NCBI GenBank assembly: GCA_902524215.1
Contig: CABZCK010000003.1
Coordinates: forward strand, 22,247-86,246
DNA length: 64,000 bases
Origin: an uncultured SAR116 cluster alpha proteobacterium
Lineage (GTDB): Bacteria; Pseudomonadota; Alphaproteobacteria; Puniceispirillales; Marisalimonadaceae
Reading direction: 5' to 3'
The notes beneath the pieces were generated by a model. The model made no database searches. It saw only the letters and a program-made list of their open reading frames with translations, and was not told where the DNA came from. The position numbers and the translations under genes were made by a program. Of this stretch, positions 60,719 through 64,000 are shown in pieces (position 1 is the first letter of the stretch; each line of letters begins with the position of its first letter).

Positions 60719-62473
60719 ATGGAGATTAGAACACTTCCTGATTTTTTAATTAATCAAATTGCAGCTGGAGAAGTAATAGAAAGACCTGCATTTATAATAA
60801 AAGAGCTTATTGAAAATGCAATAGATGCAGGGGCTACAGAAATCAACATAATTATTAAGGATGCAGGCAAAAAAGAAATCATTGTTTTCGATAATGGAAT
60901 AGGTATGACGCCTGATCAATTAAAACTATCCATACAAAGACATGCTACATCAAAGCTTCCTAGAAATAATTTAAATGATATAAGTTTTCTTGGATTTAGA
61001 GGTGAGGCATTACCCTCTATTGCATCTATAAGTGAATTAAAAATAGAAAGTTGTAAAAAAGAATTAGATCAAGGTTGGTGTCTTAAATTAAAAAATAATC
61101 AGCTTATCAAATTCAGTCCTTCTCCTATTAAATCTGGTACTAAAATAACTGTTAATAATGTATTTGAAAATGTGCCAGCAAGATTAAAATTTTTAAAATC
61201 TAATAAAGTTGAAAATAAAAATTCATTACAAATTATAAAAAAACTAGCCTTAGGTCATCCAGAGATAAAATTTTTATATAAATTTGAAGAAAATTTAAGT
61301 CATGTTTACAGAAAAGAAAATTTAAACACAGAAGGTTTTAAACAAAGAATTTTAGAGGTTTTTCAAGATGAGTTTTTTCCAAATTCATTGCTTGTTGAAA
61401 ATAAGATTCAATCTGATCTAGGTGATATAAAGTTGAGAGGATTTATCAGTATTCCAAGTTATAATAAAGTGAATCAAAGTTATCAATTTTTATTTGTAAA
61501 TGGAAGACCAGTTCAAGATAGAGGCTTATCTGCAGTCATTAGACTATCATATAGAGACACTTTGCCTAGGGGAAGATATCCTCTATATTGTTTAATGCTA
61601 GATCTTTCAAATGATCAAATTGATGTAAATGTTCATCCTACAAAATTAGAAGTCAAGTTTCAAAATTACGAATTTTTAAAAAGTTTTGTAATAAACTCAA
61701 TAACAAAAGCATTACAAATTAAAAATAACAATAAGATAAGTAAGACTTTCAACATTTCAGAAATAAGTGACAATATTCCATCACATAAAAGTGAATTAGA
61801 AGAACAAACCTTTCTTGATACTTTAAACGCAAACCCTAAAATTAAGACTTTATATGATCAAGAAAAGGATGAGTTTTTAAAAAAAACTACAGAATACCCA
61901 TTAGGATCTGCTTTATATCAGTTTAAGAAAAATTTCATTATTTCTATTACCTCTGAAGATATTTTGTTAATTGATCAACATGCTGCGCATGAAAGAATAT
62001 TATTTGAAAAAATGAAAAAAAATATTTCCACACAAAATGCAATTAAGCAAATTTTATTAATTCCTATAAACATAAATATGGATCAAACTAAAATTAAAAC
62101 ATTATTTGAATATAATGACTTATTAAAAAAAATTGGATTAGAAATTGAAAAATTTGGTGAAAAGTCCATTCTTATTCGAGAAGTACCATCTCTATTAATA
62201 AATTATAATGTTAAACAAATTATAATTGATTTATGTGATGATTTAATGGAAATAGGAATGCCAAAAAGTCTTGATGAAAAAATTAATTTAATTTTAGGAA
62301 ACATATGTTGTCATAAATCAATAAGGTCAGGAAGAATATTAAATATCGAAGAAATGAACGCTTTGCTAAGAGAAATGGAAGTTACTCCAAACTCAGGTCA
62401 GTGTAATCATGGAAGGCCTACTTCTATAGCTTTGTCTGTAACACAAATTGAAAAGTTATTTGAGAGGATCTAG
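60719..62473 (+). CDS. mutL: DNA mismatch repair protein MutL
   Basis: 584 aa. N-terminal GHKL ATPase motifs are IAAGEVIERP, ELIENAIDAG and DNGIGM. The C-terminal motifs are DQHAAHERI and CNHGRPT. Confidence 0.95.
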   Translation: MEIRTLPDFLINQIAAGEVIERPAFIIKELIENAIDAGATEINIIIKDAGKKEIIVFDNGIGMTPDQLKLSIQRHATSKLPRNNLNDISFLGFRGEALPSIASISELKIESCKKELDQGWCLKLKNNQLIKFSPSPIKSGTKITVNNVFENVPARLKFLKSNKVENKNSLQIIKKLALGHPEIKFLYKFEENLSHVYRKENLNTEGFKQRILEVFQDEFFPNSLLVENKIQSDLGDIKLRGFISIPSYNKVNQSYQFLFVNGRPVQDRGLSAVIRLSYRDTLPRGRYPLYCLMLDLSNDQIDVNVHPTKLEVKFQNYEFLKSFVINSITKALQIKNNNKISKTFNISEISDNIPSHKSELEEQTFLDTLNANPKIKTLYDQEKDEFLKKTTEYPLGSALYQFKKNFIISITSEDILLIDQHAAHERILFEKMKKNISTQNAIKQILLIPININMDQTKIKTLFEYNDLLKKIGLEIEKFGEKSILIREVPSLLINYNVKQIIIDLCDDLMEIGMPKSLDEKINLILGNICCHKSIRSGRILNIEEMNALLREMEVTPNSGQCNHGRPTSIALSVTQIEKLFERI

Positions 62474-63034
62474 TAACTTTTTAAAACACTGTAAGTAAGA
62501 TGAACCAATTTTTTTTGAAAATATTGGTTCTAAATTAAGTTTATCTATATTTAATAATTTATCTGTTTCAACTAATATAAGACCCTTATTATTTAAAATT
62601 TTGTTATCTAAAATAATTTTTAAAACAGTTGAATAAATATTTGAACTATATGGTGGGTCAAAATAAATGAAATCAAATTGAGGTAATACTAATTTTGCTA
62701 TCTTGGTAATATCTTGCTTTAACACAAATAAGTTTTTACCAAGTTCAATATTTAATTCTATTTTAGATAAATTTTTATTGATTAAATTTATTGCATTTTG
62801 ATTTTTATCAATCATGTATACTTTTTTTGCCCCCCTGGAAAAAGCTTCAATTCCAATTCCACCTGATCCAGAGCATAAATCTAGAAAATATTTTCCATCA
62901 ATATTACTTGAATACTTTTCCGAATTGATGATTGAGAATAAAGACTCTTTAAACCTATCAGTAGTAGGTCTTATTGAAAAGTTTTTAGGAATATTTAACT
63001 TATGACCCTTAAATTTGCCTGAAATAATTCTCAT
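62456..63034 (-). CDS. rsmD: 16S rRNA (guanine966-N2)-methyltransferase
   Basis: 192 aa with MRIISGKFKG..L, RPTTDR.KESLF, SGSGGIG and DPPY. Confidence 0.85.
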   Translation of the reverse strand: MRIISGKFKGHKLNIPKNFSIRPTTDRFKESLFSIINSEKYSSNIDGKYFLDLCSGSGGIGIEAFSRGAKKVYMIDKNQNAINLINKNLSKIELNIELGKNLFVLKQDITKIAKLVLPQFDFIYFDPPYSSNIYSTVLKIILDNKILNNKGLILVETDKLLNIDKLNLEPIFSKKIGSSYLQCFKKLLDPLK

Positions 63035-63047
63035 AAAATATTTAAGA

Positions 63048-63770
63048 TTATAGTAATTTATTAAAATTTTTATATTTAAGTTCAGTTAACTGTCCAGGTT
63101 TAAGGTCTTTCAAATTGAATGGACCGTAAGATATTCTGATAAGTCTATTTACTGTGCAACCAAAATGATCCATTATTTTTCTTATTTCCCGATTTTTACC
63201 TTCGTATAGTCTCATAGTTAGCCATCTATTTTTCCCTTTTTCTTCTTCTAGTTCTAATTCGATAGGTTTGTATTTGATACTATTCACTATAATTCCATTA
63301 TTAAGTTTATCTTTGATTTTATTATCAATTGTTCCAAAAATTCTTACTTTATAAGTTCTTTGAAATTTATTTTGAGGTAATTCAAGTTTTCGAGCAAAGT
63401 CGCCATTATTTGTTAATAACAATAATCCTTCAGAATTATAATCAAGTCTTCCAATAGATATTAGTCTTTTATTAAATTTTAATTTTATTTCATCAAAAAT
63501 GTTTGGTCTTCCTTGTGCATCCTTTGTTGTTACTAGAAAGCCTTTTTTTTTATAATATAACCAAAGTTTAACCTTTTCTTTTTCTTTTAACTTTTGGTTA
63601 TTAACTTCAATAATATCTTTTTTTGTAACATTAATATTACAATTTTTAATAACATTACCATTTAACTTAACACATCCATTTTTAATTAAACGCTCAGCTT
63701 CTCGTCTCGAGCATATGCCTGAATTAGCAATTTTTTTTGCTATTCTTTCATTAATTAAATTATCGACCAT
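63048..63770 (-). CDS. pseudouridine synthase (RsuA/RluB family) with S4 domain
   Basis: 240 aa with an N-terminal S4 RNA-binding segment (SGICSRREAERLI..G.V.LNG) and the catalytic GRLDYNSEGLLLLTN. Confidence 0.85.
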   Translation of the reverse strand: MVDNLINERIAKKIANSGICSRREAERLIKNGCVKLNGNVIKNCNINVTKKDIIEVNNQKLKEKEKVKLWLYYKKKGFLVTTKDAQGRPNIFDEIKLKFNKRLISIGRLDYNSEGLLLLTNNGDFARKLELPQNKFQRTYKVRIFGTIDNKIKDKLNNGIIVNSIKYKPIELELEEEKGKNRWLTMRLYEGKNREIRKIMDHFGCTVNRLIRISYGPFNLKDLKPGQLTELKYKNFNKLL

Positions 63771-63836
63771 TATTAAGTTTATTATTAACTAATTCACTTT
63801 TACAGTATTAATTAGTTTAAATTAGAGGGGCTTTCA

Positions 63837-64000
63837 ATGTTAAAGTATGATGATTTTATGAAACTAGCTTTAAATGAAGCAAAAAAATGTTTACGAAAAA
63901 AAGAAATTCCAGTTGGAGCAATTATCGTTGACGAATATAAAAATATTATTTCAAAAGGATATAATAAAGTTGAAGAAAAAAATAATCCATTATTTCACGC
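63837..64000 (+). CDS. tadA: tRNA-specific adenosine deaminase, N-terminal fragment (runs off window)
   Basis: Manual translation from the ATG at 63837: MLKYDDFMKLALNEAKKCLRKKEIPVGAIIVDE...NPLFHA. This matches the TadA N-terminus up to the catalytic H(A)E. It is not in the supplied ORF track. Confidence 0.7.
   Translation, partial: MLKYDDFMKLALNEAKKCLRKKEIPVGAIIVDEYKNIISKGYNKVEEKNNPLFH

Noticed and set aside
1-64000. Scan for CRISPR arrays, IS elements or transposases, integrases, prophage genes, rRNA operons and long non-coding direct repeats
   Set aside because: None was seen. The only repeat structure is the in-frame protein repeat at 44325-45197, and the only RNA gene is tRNA-Leu. This was a visual scan only, and a dot-plot or self-alignment would be needed for certainty.

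Overview
This is an AT-rich (roughly 30% GC by eye, not computed), very gene-dense chromosomal segment with about 70 CDS, one tRNA and almost no intergenic DNA. Gene content and synteny (argD-argF-hslO, ribF-ileS-lspA-DUF3035-mutL, psd-pssA, coq7, recX, IalB-like) suggest a streamlined alphaproteobacterium of the SAR11/Pelagibacterales type; this is inference, as no database search was possible. Most of the window is core metabolism and housekeeping. It includes acetyl-CoA synthetase, arginine biosynthesis (argD, argF, argG), folE, pckA and phospholipid synthesis (psd, pssA). It also includes ubiquinone-related genes (coq7, an FAD monooxygenase), Mo-cofactor genes (moaA, XdhC-like, MocA-like), translation and repair genes (ileS, rlmN, rsmD, tadA, mutL) and many transporters (2 MFS, 2 EamA, TrkH, BioY, MscS, an RND pump, orphan ABC parts). 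A compact propionate/methylmalonyl-CoA operon (pccB-pccA-mcm-prpE, with a divergent epimerase) spans 19.3-27.5 kb. I saw no CRISPR array, transposase, integrase, phage gene or recognisable defence or toxin-antitoxin module, and I cannot point to a convincing novel multi-gene system. The best candidates for a second look are: (1) a three-gene minus-strand cluster of unrecognisable genes at 43.95-45.8 kb, centred on a secreted protein with three cadherin-like ~97-aa repeats; (2) pccB, whose conserved N-terminus has no ATG/GTG/TTG start and probably initiates at ATT; (3) the architecture of convergent gene ends, with 8 of 13 overlapping, four sharing a palindromic TTAA double stop, and only one recognisable hairpin terminator; (4) a Shine-Dalgarno-led 76-aa orphan ORF in the longest non-coding gap. 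All product calls rest on motif and family recognition from the translated ORFs, so start codons and family-level names are approximate.
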